From NCBI GenBank assembly GCA_963778115.1, contig CAVZSV010000004.1, positions 1,952,001-2,016,000 of the forward strand: a stretch of 64,000 bases of DNA. The letters are read 5' to 3'. The translations under genes were made by a program, and so were the position numbers. The stretch is from an uncultured delta proteobacterium. GTDB taxonomy: Bacteria; Bdellovibrionota; FAC87; UBA2466. Each line of letters begins with the position of its first letter. Positions within the stretch are counted from its first letter, which is position 1. Shown here one piece after another: positions 1 through 9,775 of this stretch. The notes under the pieces are model-generated. The model made no database searches. It saw only the letters and a program-made list of their open reading frames with translations, and was not told the origin of the DNA.

Positions 1-508
1 CGGGTTGAAGCGATCTTCCCAATTCCGTATCGATGTAACGAGCTTGAAAAGTCCCGTGGTGAGGAGTGCCCATGGTGATTAGGGTCGCAATACTCTCTTC
101 CAAATGGTGATCGACGATGGCCAAGCGGGAGATGATGCCGCCCAAGCTGTATCCCAGAATGTCTACTTTCGGCGCACGGTTTACTTTAGCGACTCGTTGA
201 ATGAAACGGGCGAGCGTTCGGCTCATCTCGTCCACCGATCGTTTGTCCGACAGACCTATGCGATAGACTCTTTTTCTTCCAAAAAGTCTAAGAAAGTATT
301 CTAGGGGCAGCAGATCACCGCGGCTGCCGCCTAAACCGTGCACCAAGATCAAAGGAGGATAGCCGTCGTCTTTGCCTTCCTTTACAGACATTTTCTTGGG
401 AGAAAAAAACGAATAGGTGAGCAACGGGAGGTGTAGCAGGTGACGGTAGACGTCCTCGTGGAGGATTGACGAAAAACTCGATATGTTGGCGCGAAGCCCA
501 GATCCCAT
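1..508 (-). CDS. alpha/beta-hydrolase (lipase/esterase family), 3' end outside window
   Basis: Not in the ORF track. My translation from ATG 508 (AAGGAG RBS upstream) gives PLILVHGLGG, the nucleophile elbow ILGYSLGG and ITMGTPHHG, with the frame open to the window edge. Confidence 0.85.
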   Translation of the reverse strand, partial: MGSGLRANISSFSSILHEDVYRHLLHLPLLTYSFFSPKKMSVKEGKDDGYPPLILVHGLGGSRGDLLPLEYFLRLFGRKRVYRIGLSDKRSVDEMSRTLARFIQRVAKVNRAPKVDILGYSLGGIISRLAIVDHHLEESIATLITMGTPHHGTFQARYIDTELGRSLQP

Positions 509-671
509 CGCCGTCTCCTTACCTCTATAGTGAAGCACACTTCCCAGAGGGTGTATGCAAAGTCCTCTGCCCGATTCCTAAGTCGCCTAAAATGCTCAAA
601 TAACTATTTGAAATTATAATGGATTTATAATCTTTATCACAAAGCGTCTAAAACTGCCGAAAAGTTAGACG

Positions 672-1727
672 GTGGTGTCTATGGAAGTCTACCGACTCTC
701 TTGGGTTTTATGGTTTCTCGTTTTTTCTCTAGTTCCTCTTATGCCCAGGACCTCTTTCGCGCAAAGCTGGTGGGAAAAGAATCGAGATTTGGGATCGGTA
801 AATGCCGACAGCGATTCGGACACGACTTTGGCACCTAGCCAAACTCCGGCTGCCGATTCCGCTCCCGCCCCGGGTGAAAATCTCTCCAAACCCATGGCCA
901 CGCCTCAAAAAGAGCAACTACCCGATGTGGAGGCCTCCCCGCCCCCCGCCCCAGCTCCCATGAAGCGAAAGAAACGTAGACAACGTGCGGTTACTAGTAG
1001 CGATACCTCTGAAACCAGTGTTTCCGCAAAAGCGAACAAAGAAGATTTGGATAATATTTTTCGTCTGAGTTTTTTAGGAGGATTCAGCCCCTCGAGTTCA
1101 GCGCCTTCCAGCGGAGGAACCGGATCGATCTCCACCAGTCTGGCGAGCTTGGGTCTTAACGCCGATCTCCAACTTCACTATTTTGGATTTGAAGGGGATG
1201 GGTTCTACGGTTTTGGTACCGGAACGGATACTTCGGGATCGACGTCGACTGCATTCGGGGTCACCTCTTTGGGCGGCTACCTTGCGGCAAAAGGGCAACT
1301 GCCGTTTTATACGGGGTCGGTTCGGTGGGTCCCTAAATTAGGAATTGGATTTTCCGCCTACTCAGAGAGTTTTGCCGTAGTAGGAAGTTCAAGTGCTGCG
1401 GCACAAAAAAACTCGCTCTCGGGAGCGTACGGAGAGGTCGGCTTTGAAGTCTATCTCCTTAGCTGGTTAATTCTAACGGCTGACTATTCTCATTCTCTAG
1501 CCGCTTCTGGAACGATGTCAGGGGTAATTTTAGGAGGCACAACCGTTTCAGCGCCAATGCAATCGCCCGACTTTTCGCGTATCCGAGCAGGAGGAATCGT
1601 TCGATTGAGCGACCACTTCAATCTTGGAGTTCAGTTCGTGGATAGAATTTTCAACTGGGGAAGCTCCGGCGTTGCGGAATCGGAATCCCAATCGGTAATC
1701 CTAGGAACCATCGGGCTAGAATGGTAA
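672..1727 (+). CDS. outer-membrane beta-barrel protein with low-complexity N-terminal linker
   Basis: Signal-peptide-like N-terminus, Pro/Ser/Ala-rich linker, amphipathic beta strands and a terminal aromatic residue (GTIGLEW). Confidence 0.65.
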   Translation: MVSMEVYRLSWVLWFLVFSLVPLMPRTSFAQSWWEKNRDLGSVNADSDSDTTLAPSQTPAADSAPAPGENLSKPMATPQKEQLPDVEASPPPAPAPMKRKKRRQRAVTSSDTSETSVSAKANKEDLDNIFRLSFLGGFSPSSSAPSSGGTGSISTSLASLGLNADLQLHYFGFEGDGFYGFGTGTDTSGSTSTAFGVTSLGGYLAAKGQLPFYTGSVRWVPKLGIGFSAYSESFAVVGSSSAAAQKNSLSGAYGEVGFEVYLLSWLILTADYSHSLAASGTMSGVILGGTTVSAPMQSPDFSRIRAGGIVRLSDHFNLGVQFVDRIFNWGSSGVAESESQSVILGTIGLEW

Positions 1728-1736
1728 CCCGCTCAC

Positions 1737-2213
1737 CTACTTAATCGTCACCGGAACCGAGACAGGAACGGTCATCGGGAAGAAACAGGTCTTTTCGTTG
1801 CAGGCCTGATACCGGAGCGTACCTTCGAGAGTCACTTTTCCTGGCTTCGTGCCCGCCGCTACTTTAAGTGGGATTTTAATCTCAAACTTGCCTTCGTAGG
1901 TCGGAATTTCCGATCCCAGTCCAGGCACTAGATGCTTCTTGCCTTCGGGATAGATGGGACTTTTAGCCTCCACTCCTTCTTTACCGGTAAGAGTAAGGGT
2001 AGTCGGAATCAGATTGGGAGCTCCGGCGGGATTGGTTTGGACATGAAATCCTTTGTCTACTTCCGCCGTGATTACGGCATCGGCCCCAGCGGCAGCACTA
2101 AGCTTTACCGGGGATACCTTTTTTAACGTCAAATATTTTGCGGCAGGCAGCGCGGCTATGGCCAAAGAGGTTATCGTCGCCATTGTCATCGCCATGAAGA
2201 GTAGAAATTTCAT
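1737..2213 (-). CDS. secreted DsbD N-terminal-like (Ig-fold) domain protein
   Basis: Signal peptide; GFHV, YPEG and LRYQACNEKTCFFP motifs typical of the DsbD N-domain. Confidence 0.75.
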   Translation of the reverse strand: MKFLLFMAMTMATITSLAIAALPAAKYLTLKKVSPVKLSAAAGADAVITAEVDKGFHVQTNPAGAPNLIPTTLTLTGKEGVEAKSPIYPEGKKHLVPGLGSEIPTYEGKFEIKIPLKVAAGTKPGKVTLEGTLRYQACNEKTCFFPMTVPVSVPVTIK

Positions 2214-2232
2214 AGTGTCCCTTTTGAACGCT

Positions 2233-2550
2233 TTATTTGGAAGCCGCTTTTACCATCGGTTCCAGCTCTCCCCGCTGAAACAGCTCGCGAACGATATCAC
2301 AGCCACCGACAAATTTTCCGCCGATAAAGATCTGCGGAATGGTCGGCCATTTGGTAAATTGCTTCACGCCTTCGCGAATCTCGGGATCAGAAAGAACATC
2401 GCGAGTTTCGTATTTGGCTCCTAAGTGGTTAAAGATGTCCATCACCGCTTTAGAAAAACCACATTGAGGAAACTGAGGGTTTCCTTTCACATAAAGCAAG
2501 ATAGGGTTCTTGGCGACGTCTTCAGCAATTCGTTTTTGAATATCATCCAT
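2233..2550 (-). CDS. grxD: monothiol glutaredoxin (Grx4 family)
   Basis: KGxPxxPQCGFS, WPTIPQ and GGCDI motifs. Confidence 0.95.
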   Translation of the reverse strand: MDDIQKRIAEDVAKNPILLYVKGNPQFPQCGFSKAVMDIFNHLGAKYETRDVLSDPEIREGVKQFTKWPTIPQIFIGGKFVGGCDIVRELFQRGELEPMVKAASK

Positions 2551-2577
2551 AGTTAGTCTCCCGTAGTCTGCGACTCA

Positions 2578-2823
2578 TTAAGTTCCCTTGGCTTCCAAGG
2601 GGGTTAGCGTTTTTAAAGCCAGGGCGTGAATCTCTTTACCCACTTTATCGCCCAACAGTGAATAGATCATACGGTGACGATCCACAAGCCCCTTACCCTC
2701 AAACTCGGGGGTTACAATGAAGAGCTCAAAATGGTCGCCTCCCCCAGTAAGATCGCGCACTTCCACTCGAGCACCTGGAAAAGCGCCCGACACCATATTT
2801 TGAATCATGTCCTTCGTCTGCAT
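2578..2823 (-). CDS. BolA/IbaG family protein
   Basis: GGDHF, FEGK..RHRMIY and EIHAL motifs; adjacent to grxD. Confidence 0.9.
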   Translation of the reverse strand: MQTKDMIQNMVSGAFPGARVEVRDLTGGGDHFELFIVTPEFEGKGLVDRHRMIYSLLGDKVGKEIHALALKTLTPLEAKGT

Positions 2824-2887
2824 CAGCTCCTACTCATACCCTAACCCAACCTACCATTGCAACGTGACCGTGGTAATATCCCCCGCC

Positions 2888-3802
2888 ATGAATATAGCTT
2901 CTTTACTGCCCTGCGCTACCGAAATGGTCTTTGCCTTGGGGTTGGGAGATGAACTTGTGGGGGTCTCCCACGAATGTGATTTTCCCGCCCTCGTGAAGCA
3001 ATTGCCCGTCCTTACCAAAGCCAATGTCGACTATACCCGCCGCGGACGACTCATCGATGCTGACGTGCGCACCCGACTCCGTCAGGGGCTTAGTATGTAC
3101 GAGCTCGACATTGAAACGTTACGATCCCTCTCGCCTGACGTGATCCTGACCCAAGATCAATGCGAAGTGTGCGCGGTTTCACTCAGTGAAGTCGAAGAGA
3201 CGATGTGCAGAATTATCGAGAAGAAAATTAAGGTTATCTCTTTGTCTCCTCACCGCCTTGAAGAGATTTTTGGAGATATCCTGCGCCTGGGCGGAATGTT
3301 GGGAGCTCCTTCCCCAGCCGCAACTTTACTGGGATCCTTGCGCGCTAGACTTTCCGCCCTCTCCGATTTTCAAGTGCAACCAGTCCCTCGAGTCCTGTGC
3401 ATGGAGTGGTTCGAACCTCCCATGATAGGAGGGGGCTGGATTCCCGAATTAGTTCGTCTGGCCGGAGGAGAGCCCCTTATCGTTACCGAGCCTATCCGTT
3501 TTCGCGAAACCGGTTGGGAAGAGGTCCTCGCTTCCGACCCCGACATCTTCTGCCTTTTTCCCTGCGGATATCCCGTCGCAAAAACCCTCCGGGAGATTTC
3601 AACTTCAAGAGAGACTCTATTTTTAAAAAAATTGCGCGCGGTACAAAACGGGAATGCTTATATCCTGGATGGAAACGCCTATTTCAATCGCCCCGGCCCT
3701 CGCATCGTTGATAGCGCTGAAATTCTCTTGGGCGTCCTTCAACCCAGTGCCCGTCACTTCCGCGCCCACTACGCATCGGCCATCGCTAAGATTTGCCTTT
3801 AG
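2888..3802 (+). CDS. cobalamin/Fe-siderophore-type ABC substrate-binding protein (BtuF-like)
   Basis: IASLLPCATE, VGVSHECD, PDVILTQDQC and FNRPGPR motifs; likely start ATG 2888. Confidence 0.8.
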   Translation: MNIASLLPCATEMVFALGLGDELVGVSHECDFPALVKQLPVLTKANVDYTRRGRLIDADVRTRLRQGLSMYELDIETLRSLSPDVILTQDQCEVCAVSLSEVEETMCRIIEKKIKVISLSPHRLEEIFGDILRLGGMLGAPSPAATLLGSLRARLSALSDFQVQPVPRVLCMEWFEPPMIGGGWIPELVRLAGGEPLIVTEPIRFRETGWEEVLASDPDIFCLFPCGYPVAKTLREISTSRETLFLKKLRAVQNGNAYILDGNAYFNRPGPRIVDSAEILLGVLQPSARHFRAHYASAIAKICL

Positions 3803-3827
3803 CGCTTGAGTATGTGTTATTGGGGCG

Positions 3828-5402
3828 ATGAAAATGACAACACTCGAGCCAAAATTGAGTGGGAACGCTACTCCCGAAGGGACAGCGCGCTATGCGGCAC
3901 GTTTTGTAGCTACTGGAATTCCCGAGACCGCTTTCCGACTCTTAGGCACTACAGGACTTACGACCTCTCTGTTAGGATTTGGCAGCTATCGAATCGATGA
4001 AGAGACTCCCGCCCATGCTGCGGCTCTTTCTAAAGCGCTCCGCGAGGGATGCAATCTCATTGATACCTCCACCAATTATTCCGATGGAAGTAGTGAGACC
4101 TGCATTGGAATTACTCTCCAGTCGTTAATCGCACTGAAGAAGATCGCGCGAGACGAAGTCATCCTAGTCTCAAAAGTCGGTTACGTTCAGGGCTCCAATC
4201 TAGAGATCGCGGAAAAAAGAGAAGCCGAGGGCGTCGCCTTTCCTGAGATGGTCAAATACATGGACGGCTGTTGGCACTGCATCCATCCCGATTTCATCTC
4301 AGAACAGTTAGAGCTAAGTCTTCAAAGACTGCAGTCGGAACGGCTTGACGTCTATCTTCTACACAATCCGGAATATTTTCTTTCCGACGCCAATCAAAGG
4401 GGAGACGGTGACGTCGCCTCTAGAAGAAAAGCATTCTATGAACGGATCGAAAAAGCCTTCATCCGCCTCGAAGAAGAGGTCAAAAAAGGAAGGATCTCCT
4501 ACTACGGAGTTTCTTCTAATACCGTTGTGGCCCCCGCAGACGATCCCGAAGCCACTTCACTAAGTGAAATGTTGGGCTGTGCCAAACGCGCGGCTCAAAA
4601 TCTCGGTCTTAAGGAGTCTCATTTTCAAGTCATTCAACTCCCCGCCAATCTCTTGGAAAGTGGGGCCGTGCTAGAAAAAAATACCGGCACCAAGAATAAT
4701 TCCACGGTTCTTGCTACCGCCCAGGCCAATAAATTGGGAGTTTTGATCAACCGCCCGCTAAACGCCATCATCGAAGGGCAGCTGTTTAGAATGGCCAACT
4801 TTTCCGTCGATTCCGCGCACCCTTCGAGCCGCTCGCTATTACCCGAAGTGAAGGTTCTGGAAGATGAGTTCGTAACCAACATCGCGCCCCAGATCAATAC
4901 TGGTCCTGGAGTTTCTTCTTCGGAGTTCTTTCAGTGGGCCGACGAATTATCAAAGTCCGATATTAATCTCTCTTTGGAGCAGTGGCAGTCAATTCAATCA
5001 CGCGCCATCATTCCTCGCGTAAATTACCTAGTGGGCCAGCTCAATGATTTCATGGTCGGAGATTTGGGGCAGGTCTGGGAAGGCTGGCGTGACAGATATC
5101 TGCCGGAGCTAAAGAAACTTCTTTCAGCGGTGGAAAATGAGTGTGCGGCCCGAAGCGAAGAGCTGAGTCAGAGATTTAGCCATCGGATTAATAAACTTCT
5201 GCCAGAGGCATGGAGAAGCCTAACGCTCTCCCAAAAAAGCATCGGAATTCTTGCCCACACGAAAGGAGTTACTTCCGTATTAAACGGAATGCGCACTCCA
5301 GACTATGTGAATGATTCCCTTGCGGTTCTACGCCAACCGCCTTTTCAGGTAGACGAAAAAATCTACGGAAGTTTGACGGAACCGAAGTCGAGTAATGCGT
5401 GA
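3828..5402 (+). CDS. aldo/keto reductase family protein with C-terminal extension
   Basis: LGFGSYR, NLIDTSTNYSDG, LVSKVGY, LDVYLLHNP and GVSSN motifs. Confidence 0.85.
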   Translation: MKMTTLEPKLSGNATPEGTARYAARFVATGIPETAFRLLGTTGLTTSLLGFGSYRIDEETPAHAAALSKALREGCNLIDTSTNYSDGSSETCIGITLQSLIALKKIARDEVILVSKVGYVQGSNLEIAEKREAEGVAFPEMVKYMDGCWHCIHPDFISEQLELSLQRLQSERLDVYLLHNPEYFLSDANQRGDGDVASRRKAFYERIEKAFIRLEEEVKKGRISYYGVSSNTVVAPADDPEATSLSEMLGCAKRAAQNLGLKESHFQVIQLPANLLESGAVLEKNTGTKNNSTVLATAQANKLGVLINRPLNAIIEGQLFRMANFSVDSAHPSSRSLLPEVKVLEDEFVTNIAPQINTGPGVSSSEFFQWADELSKSDINLSLEQWQSIQSRAIIPRVNYLVGQLNDFMVGDLGQVWEGWRDRYLPELKKLLSAVENECAARSEELSQRFSHRINKLLPEAWRSLTLSQKSIGILAHTKGVTSVLNGMRTPDYVNDSLAVLRQPPFQVDEKIYGSLTEPKSSNA

Positions 5403-5448
5403 GGTTTACGGCTGTGCCAATTACGGACAGAAAAGGGGTTCGTGCAAG

Positions 5449-5500
5449 GACGAAAAAAGTGCCACTGCGACGAACGAAGCGACGCGCCAACCCGTAAGTC
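5449..5500. repeat. degenerate REP-like element (GTCATTGCGAG..GCAATC type), copy A
   Basis: gaaaaaagtgccactgcgacgaacgaagcgacgcgccaacccgtaagtc aligns by eye with 31849-31905; lies between convergent genes. Confidence 0.45.
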
Positions 5501-5512
5501 GAAACAGGACCC

Positions 5513-6469
5513 TTATTTCGAATATCTCTTCAAATCAGACTTCACCATCATCTCGATCATCTCAGGAAAGCTCACTTCACGCTTCCAGCCCAATTCTCTA
5601 ATGGCTCGCTCGGGGTTCCCAAGCAAATGATCGACTTCGGCAGGTCTTAAGAAAGCAGGATCGGTAACCACATATTCCTCAAAGTTGAGTCCGACGCATT
5701 CAAAGGCAATCTTCGCGAACTCCCGCACGGAATGGGTCTCGGCCGTGGCCACTACATAATCGGTGGGTTCCGATCTTTGAAGCATGAGCCACATCGCCCT
5801 AACATAGTCCCCCGCATATCCCCAATCACGAGTGGCTTGCAGATTCCCCAAAGCAAGCTTCGTAGCCAGCCCCAACTTGATGCGCGCGACTCCATCGGTA
5901 ATCTTTCGCGTGACGAATTCCAATCCACGCCGGGGAGACTCGTGGTTGAACAAAATCCCCGAGACCGCAAACATCCCGTAGGACTCACGATAGTTTACCG
6001 TAATGTGGTGACCGTAGACTTTGGCCACTCCATAGGGACTTCTTGGGTGAAAAGGCGTCTTTTCCGTCTGCGGAACTTCAAGGACCTTTCCGAACATTTC
6101 AGAGCTAGAGGCCTGATACATTTTTGCTTTAGGAACGGTGGCTCTCATCGCTTCCAAAAGTCGCGTCACTCCGGTCGCCGTAAATTCCGCCGTCAAGACG
6201 GGCTGAGCCCACGAGGTGGGTACGAAACTTTGGGCGCCTAAATTGTACACTTCGTCGGGTTTGGAATGGGCTAGGGCCTGGTGCAATGAAACTTGGTCCA
6301 ACAGATCGGCTTGAAGCAATTCGATCTGATCTCGGATATGGGCTATTCGTTCGTAATTCTCGCTAGAAGATCTCCGGACAAGACCAAATACCTTATATTT
6401 CTTGGTGAGCAGAAATTCGGCGAGATATGACCCGTCCTGGCCCGTAATCCCGGTTATCAGTGCTTTCAT
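5513..6469 (-). CDS. gmd: GDP-mannose 4,6-dehydratase
   Basis: [21 protein letters not shown] and [12 protein letters not shown] motifs. Confidence 0.96.
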   Translation of the reverse strand: MKALITGITGQDGSYLAEFLLTKKYKVFGLVRRSSSENYERIAHIRDQIELLQADLLDQVSLHQALAHSKPDEVYNLGAQSFVPTSWAQPVLTAEFTATGVTRLLEAMRATVPKAKMYQASSSEMFGKVLEVPQTEKTPFHPRSPYGVAKVYGHHITVNYRESYGMFAVSGILFNHESPRRGLEFVTRKITDGVARIKLGLATKLALGNLQATRDWGYAGDYVRAMWLMLQRSEPTDYVVATAETHSVREFAKIAFECVGLNFEEYVVTDPAFLRPAEVDHLLGNPERAIRELGWKREVSFPEMIEMMVKSDLKRYSK

Positions 6470-6491
6470 GGTTTCTTTCCAACTCGGGTGG

Positions 6492-7943
6492 CTAACTCTC
6501 TAGTGCCTTCTTCACGAGTTCATTCAGAACGGCCGGATTGCCCTGCCCCTTGGTTTCCTTCATCGCCTGGCCCACGAAATAACCCAGAAGCTTCACTTTC
6601 CCCGCCTTATATTCGGCGACCTGGCCGGGGTTCGCTTCAATGATCTTGCTAATGATCGCTTCGAGCTGACTCGTGTCGCTAATCTGGACCAGTCCCTTTT
6701 CCTTAATAATAACGGCAGCGGCCTTTCCTGTCGCAAACATTTCTTCAAAGACCGTCTTAGCTATTTTCCCGCTGATCTCTGACGCATCGATCTTGCAGAT
6801 TAATTCACCGAGGCTCGCTGCTTTGACTGGTGATTTTTCGATCTCAAGACCTGCGGCATTGAGGCGTCCCAGAAGTTCATTCATCACCCAATTGGCGGCC
6901 CCCTTGGGATTTTTAGTAAGAAGTGCCACCTCTTCGTAGTAACTGGCTAACTCCTTGGCGGCCGTAAGTACCGAAGCATCATAGTCGGACAGTTGGTAAG
7001 CCGTCACAAATCTTTGGCGTAACGCATCCGGAAGCTCGGGCATGTTTTTTTCTATCTCTTCTCTCCAGCTCTTAGAGATCACAAGGGCAGGGAGATCAGG
7101 CTCAGGAAAATAACGATAATCGTGAGCTTCTTCTTTGTCTCGCATGGGCTCGGTCATGTTCTTAGCCGAATTCCAAAGTCGAGTCTGCTGAGTAATTTTT
7201 TCTCCGGTCTCAATCGCATTGATTTGACGTTCGATTTCAAAATCGATGGCCTTTTCCACATAACGGAAGGAGTTGATATTCTTTAGCTCGACCTTAGTTC
7301 CGAACTTTTCCTGCCCTCGAGGCCGCACTGAAATATTGGCGTCACAGCGAAAGTTTCCTTCTTCCATGTTGCCGTCGCAAACTTGGGCAAAACGCAAAAT
7401 GCTTCTTAGCGTGCGAAGGTACTGGCCTGCCTCATGAGAAGATCGCATATCGGCTTCGCTTACGATCTCACAAAGAGGAACGCCGGCACGGTTTAGATTC
7501 ACTAATGTCCCGTGCCCCTCATGAACGGATTTTCCCGCATCTTCTTCAAAATGGATCCGGTGCAAGCGAAAGATCTTCTCCTCGCCACTCTTTAAACGAA
7601 CCGGCAGCTTTCCGTTCTTACAGAAGGGGCGCTCATATTGGCTGATCTGATAGCCCTTCGGCAGATCGGGATAGAAATAGTTCTTTCGGGCAAAGATGCT
7701 CTCTTCAAAAATCTCACAGTGAAGTGCCAAAGCCGCTCGAACTCCCAACTCTATCGCAAACTGATTCACCACCGGAAGTGAGCCGGGCTGTCCGGTACAG
7801 ACGGGACAAATATTCGTATTTGCCTCCGACCCGAAATGGTTCGGGCACGAACAGAACATTTTACTCTTGGTTAAGAGTTGCGCATGGACCTCAAGGCCGA
7901 TGACCGGTTCGTACTTCGTCAGCCATTTTTCAAGATTACTCAT
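6492..7943 (-). CDS. gatB: Asp/Glu-tRNA amidotransferase subunit B
   Basis: [27 protein letters not shown] and YRYFPEPDL motifs. Confidence 0.97.
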   Translation of the reverse strand: MSNLEKWLTKYEPVIGLEVHAQLLTKSKMFCSCPNHFGSEANTNICPVCTGQPGSLPVVNQFAIELGVRAALALHCEIFEESIFARKNYFYPDLPKGYQISQYERPFCKNGKLPVRLKSGEEKIFRLHRIHFEEDAGKSVHEGHGTLVNLNRAGVPLCEIVSEADMRSSHEAGQYLRTLRSILRFAQVCDGNMEEGNFRCDANISVRPRGQEKFGTKVELKNINSFRYVEKAIDFEIERQINAIETGEKITQQTRLWNSAKNMTEPMRDKEEAHDYRYFPEPDLPALVISKSWREEIEKNMPELPDALRQRFVTAYQLSDYDASVLTAAKELASYYEEVALLTKNPKGAANWVMNELLGRLNAAGLEIEKSPVKAASLGELICKIDASEISGKIAKTVFEEMFATGKAAAVIIKEKGLVQISDTSQLEAIISKIIEANPGQVAEYKAGKVKLLGYFVGQAMKETKGQGNPAVLNELVKKALES

Positions 7944-9408
7944 GTTTCCCTCCAACACCAGGGGGAAGAGGCAGTTTTCCTCGCACCTTTTCGTAATGGT
8001 GCGCTAACTGCAACAGAGTGATCTCGTCAAAGGGGCGTCCGATTAGCTGTAGTCCGATGGGCAATTTTTTGGAGTCTATTCCACACGGCACCGAAAGGCC
8101 TGGCAGCCCCGCCAAATTAACCGGTAACGTGAAAATATCGGAAAGGTACATTGTCAAGGGATCCGAAGTTTTCTCACCGAGTTTAAATGCCGTCGTAGGA
8201 GAGGTGGGCGCCAAAACGGCCTGACACTTGCCAAAAGCCTCTTCGAAATCTTTTTGAATTAAGCGTCTCACCTGATTGGCTTTGAGATAATAGGCGTCAT
8301 AGTAACCGCTGCTCAGAGCATACGTTCCAAGCATGATACGAAGCTTTACTTCTCGGCCAAAACCTTCACCGCGACTTTTCGAATAAACGCTGGCTCCATC
8401 GGTTACCGAGCCCGTCCGGTGGCCGTAATGAACGCCATCAAACCGAGCCAAATTGCTGCTCGCTTCGGAAGGGGCTATCAAATAATACGTCGACAAAGAA
8501 TACCTCGTATGGGGAAGCGTGATGTCCACGCATTTCACCCCTTCGGCGGTAAGCTGCTTTATGGCCTCTTCAAAAGATGCTTTTACTTCCGCATCTACGC
8601 CTTCCAGCCATTCTCGGGGAACACCCACCGTTAAACTTTTTAGCGAAACCGCCTCAAGGCTCTCGGTATATTTGGGCACCACTCCGCGCGAACTCGTGGC
8701 GTCCCGTCTATCGTAGCCTGACATCGTCTCCAGTAATCTCGCCGTATCCCAGACGGTATGCGCGAAGGGGCCCACTTGATCTAAAGAGCTCGCATAAGCC
8801 ACGATCCCATAACGGCTTACCCTTCCATAAGAGGGTTTCATCCCGACGACACCACAAAGCGATGCCGGCTGGCGAATCGATCCGCCCGTATCGGTACCCA
8901 ACGATCCCAGACAGAGCCTTCCAGAGACTGCGGCCGCCGAACCTCCGCTGGAGCCCCCGGGAACGCGCTCCGTATCCCAAGGATTTCGCACCACTCCAAA
9001 AGCACTATTCTCATTAGACGAGCCCATCGCAAATTCGTCGCAATTGGTCTTTCCAATAACGATAGCACCCGCCGCTTCGAGCCTTTCTACACTGGTGGCC
9101 GTATAGGGCGAGACATAATTACCCAAGATCTTAGAGCCGGCAGTAGCCTTCCATCCTTTGACCAGAAAATTGTCTTTAATCGCGACCGGAATGCCGTACA
9201 GAGGAAGTTTCGGCATCTCGCCACTGCGCCCATCCAATTCAAGAGCCTTCTTTTGAGTCTCCGCCATGCGGACCTCCAGAAAGGCACCCAACTGAGGATT
9301 TCTCGTCTCGATGGCCTTCAGATAACCGGCGACAACTTCGGAGGGTTTAAACTCCTTGCGCCGGTAACCCTCTAAAGCTTCCTGGATATCTAAACGTTCG
9401 AATTGCAT
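7936..9408 (-). CDS. gatA: Asp/Glu-tRNA amidotransferase subunit A
   Basis: Amidase signature GGSSGGS and DTGGSIRQPA; lies between gatC and gatB. Confidence 0.97.
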   Translation of the reverse strand: MQFERLDIQEALEGYRRKEFKPSEVVAGYLKAIETRNPQLGAFLEVRMAETQKKALELDGRSGEMPKLPLYGIPVAIKDNFLVKGWKATAGSKILGNYVSPYTATSVERLEAAGAIVIGKTNCDEFAMGSSNENSAFGVVRNPWDTERVPGGSSGGSAAAVSGRLCLGSLGTDTGGSIRQPASLCGVVGMKPSYGRVSRYGIVAYASSLDQVGPFAHTVWDTARLLETMSGYDRRDATSSRGVVPKYTESLEAVSLKSLTVGVPREWLEGVDAEVKASFEEAIKQLTAEGVKCVDITLPHTRYSLSTYYLIAPSEASSNLARFDGVHYGHRTGSVTDGASVYSKSRGEGFGREVKLRIMLGTYALSSGYYDAYYLKANQVRRLIQKDFEEAFGKCQAVLAPTSPTTAFKLGEKTSDPLTMYLSDIFTLPVNLAGLPGLSVPCGIDSKKLPIGLQLIGRPFDEITLLQLAHHYEKVRGKLPLPPGVGGKHE

Positions 9409-9711
9409 CTAACTTCTCTCAACTACAGGGGGAAGCAAAAAATGGTCGGATTCGGTTTCGGGCGCATTCCGCATCAATGCCGGGGTATCTCCAAAAGGTA
9501 TCGGCATATCCTCACGAAAAGAGACAGCGTCTTTAGGCACATGCCTTACGAAAGCATCCGCCGGGGTCTTTAGTTGATTGAGTTCAGCGATATAACCAAG
9601 GACGCGGCCAATCTGTTCCTGATAGAGACCTACTTCATCTTCCGACAGTTCTAGACGAGCGAGGCTGGCAATCTTAAGCACCTCTTCTCGGGACAGTTTA
9701 GCGCCTGACAT
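9409..9711 (-). CDS. gatC: Asp/Glu-tRNA amidotransferase subunit C
   Basis: EVLKIASLARLEL..., FRED, NAP...F..PPV; directly upstream of gatA; likely start ATG 9711. Confidence 0.9.
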   Translation of the reverse strand: MSGAKLSREEVLKIASLARLELSEDEVGLYQEQIGRVLGYIAELNQLKTPADAFVRHVPKDAVSFREDMPIPFGDTPALMRNAPETESDHFLLPPVVERS

Positions 9712-9775
9712 AGCCCAGCAACATACCCCCTCGTCGCTAGCCACGCAACTATCGGGTTTACCATGGCGTCAGATG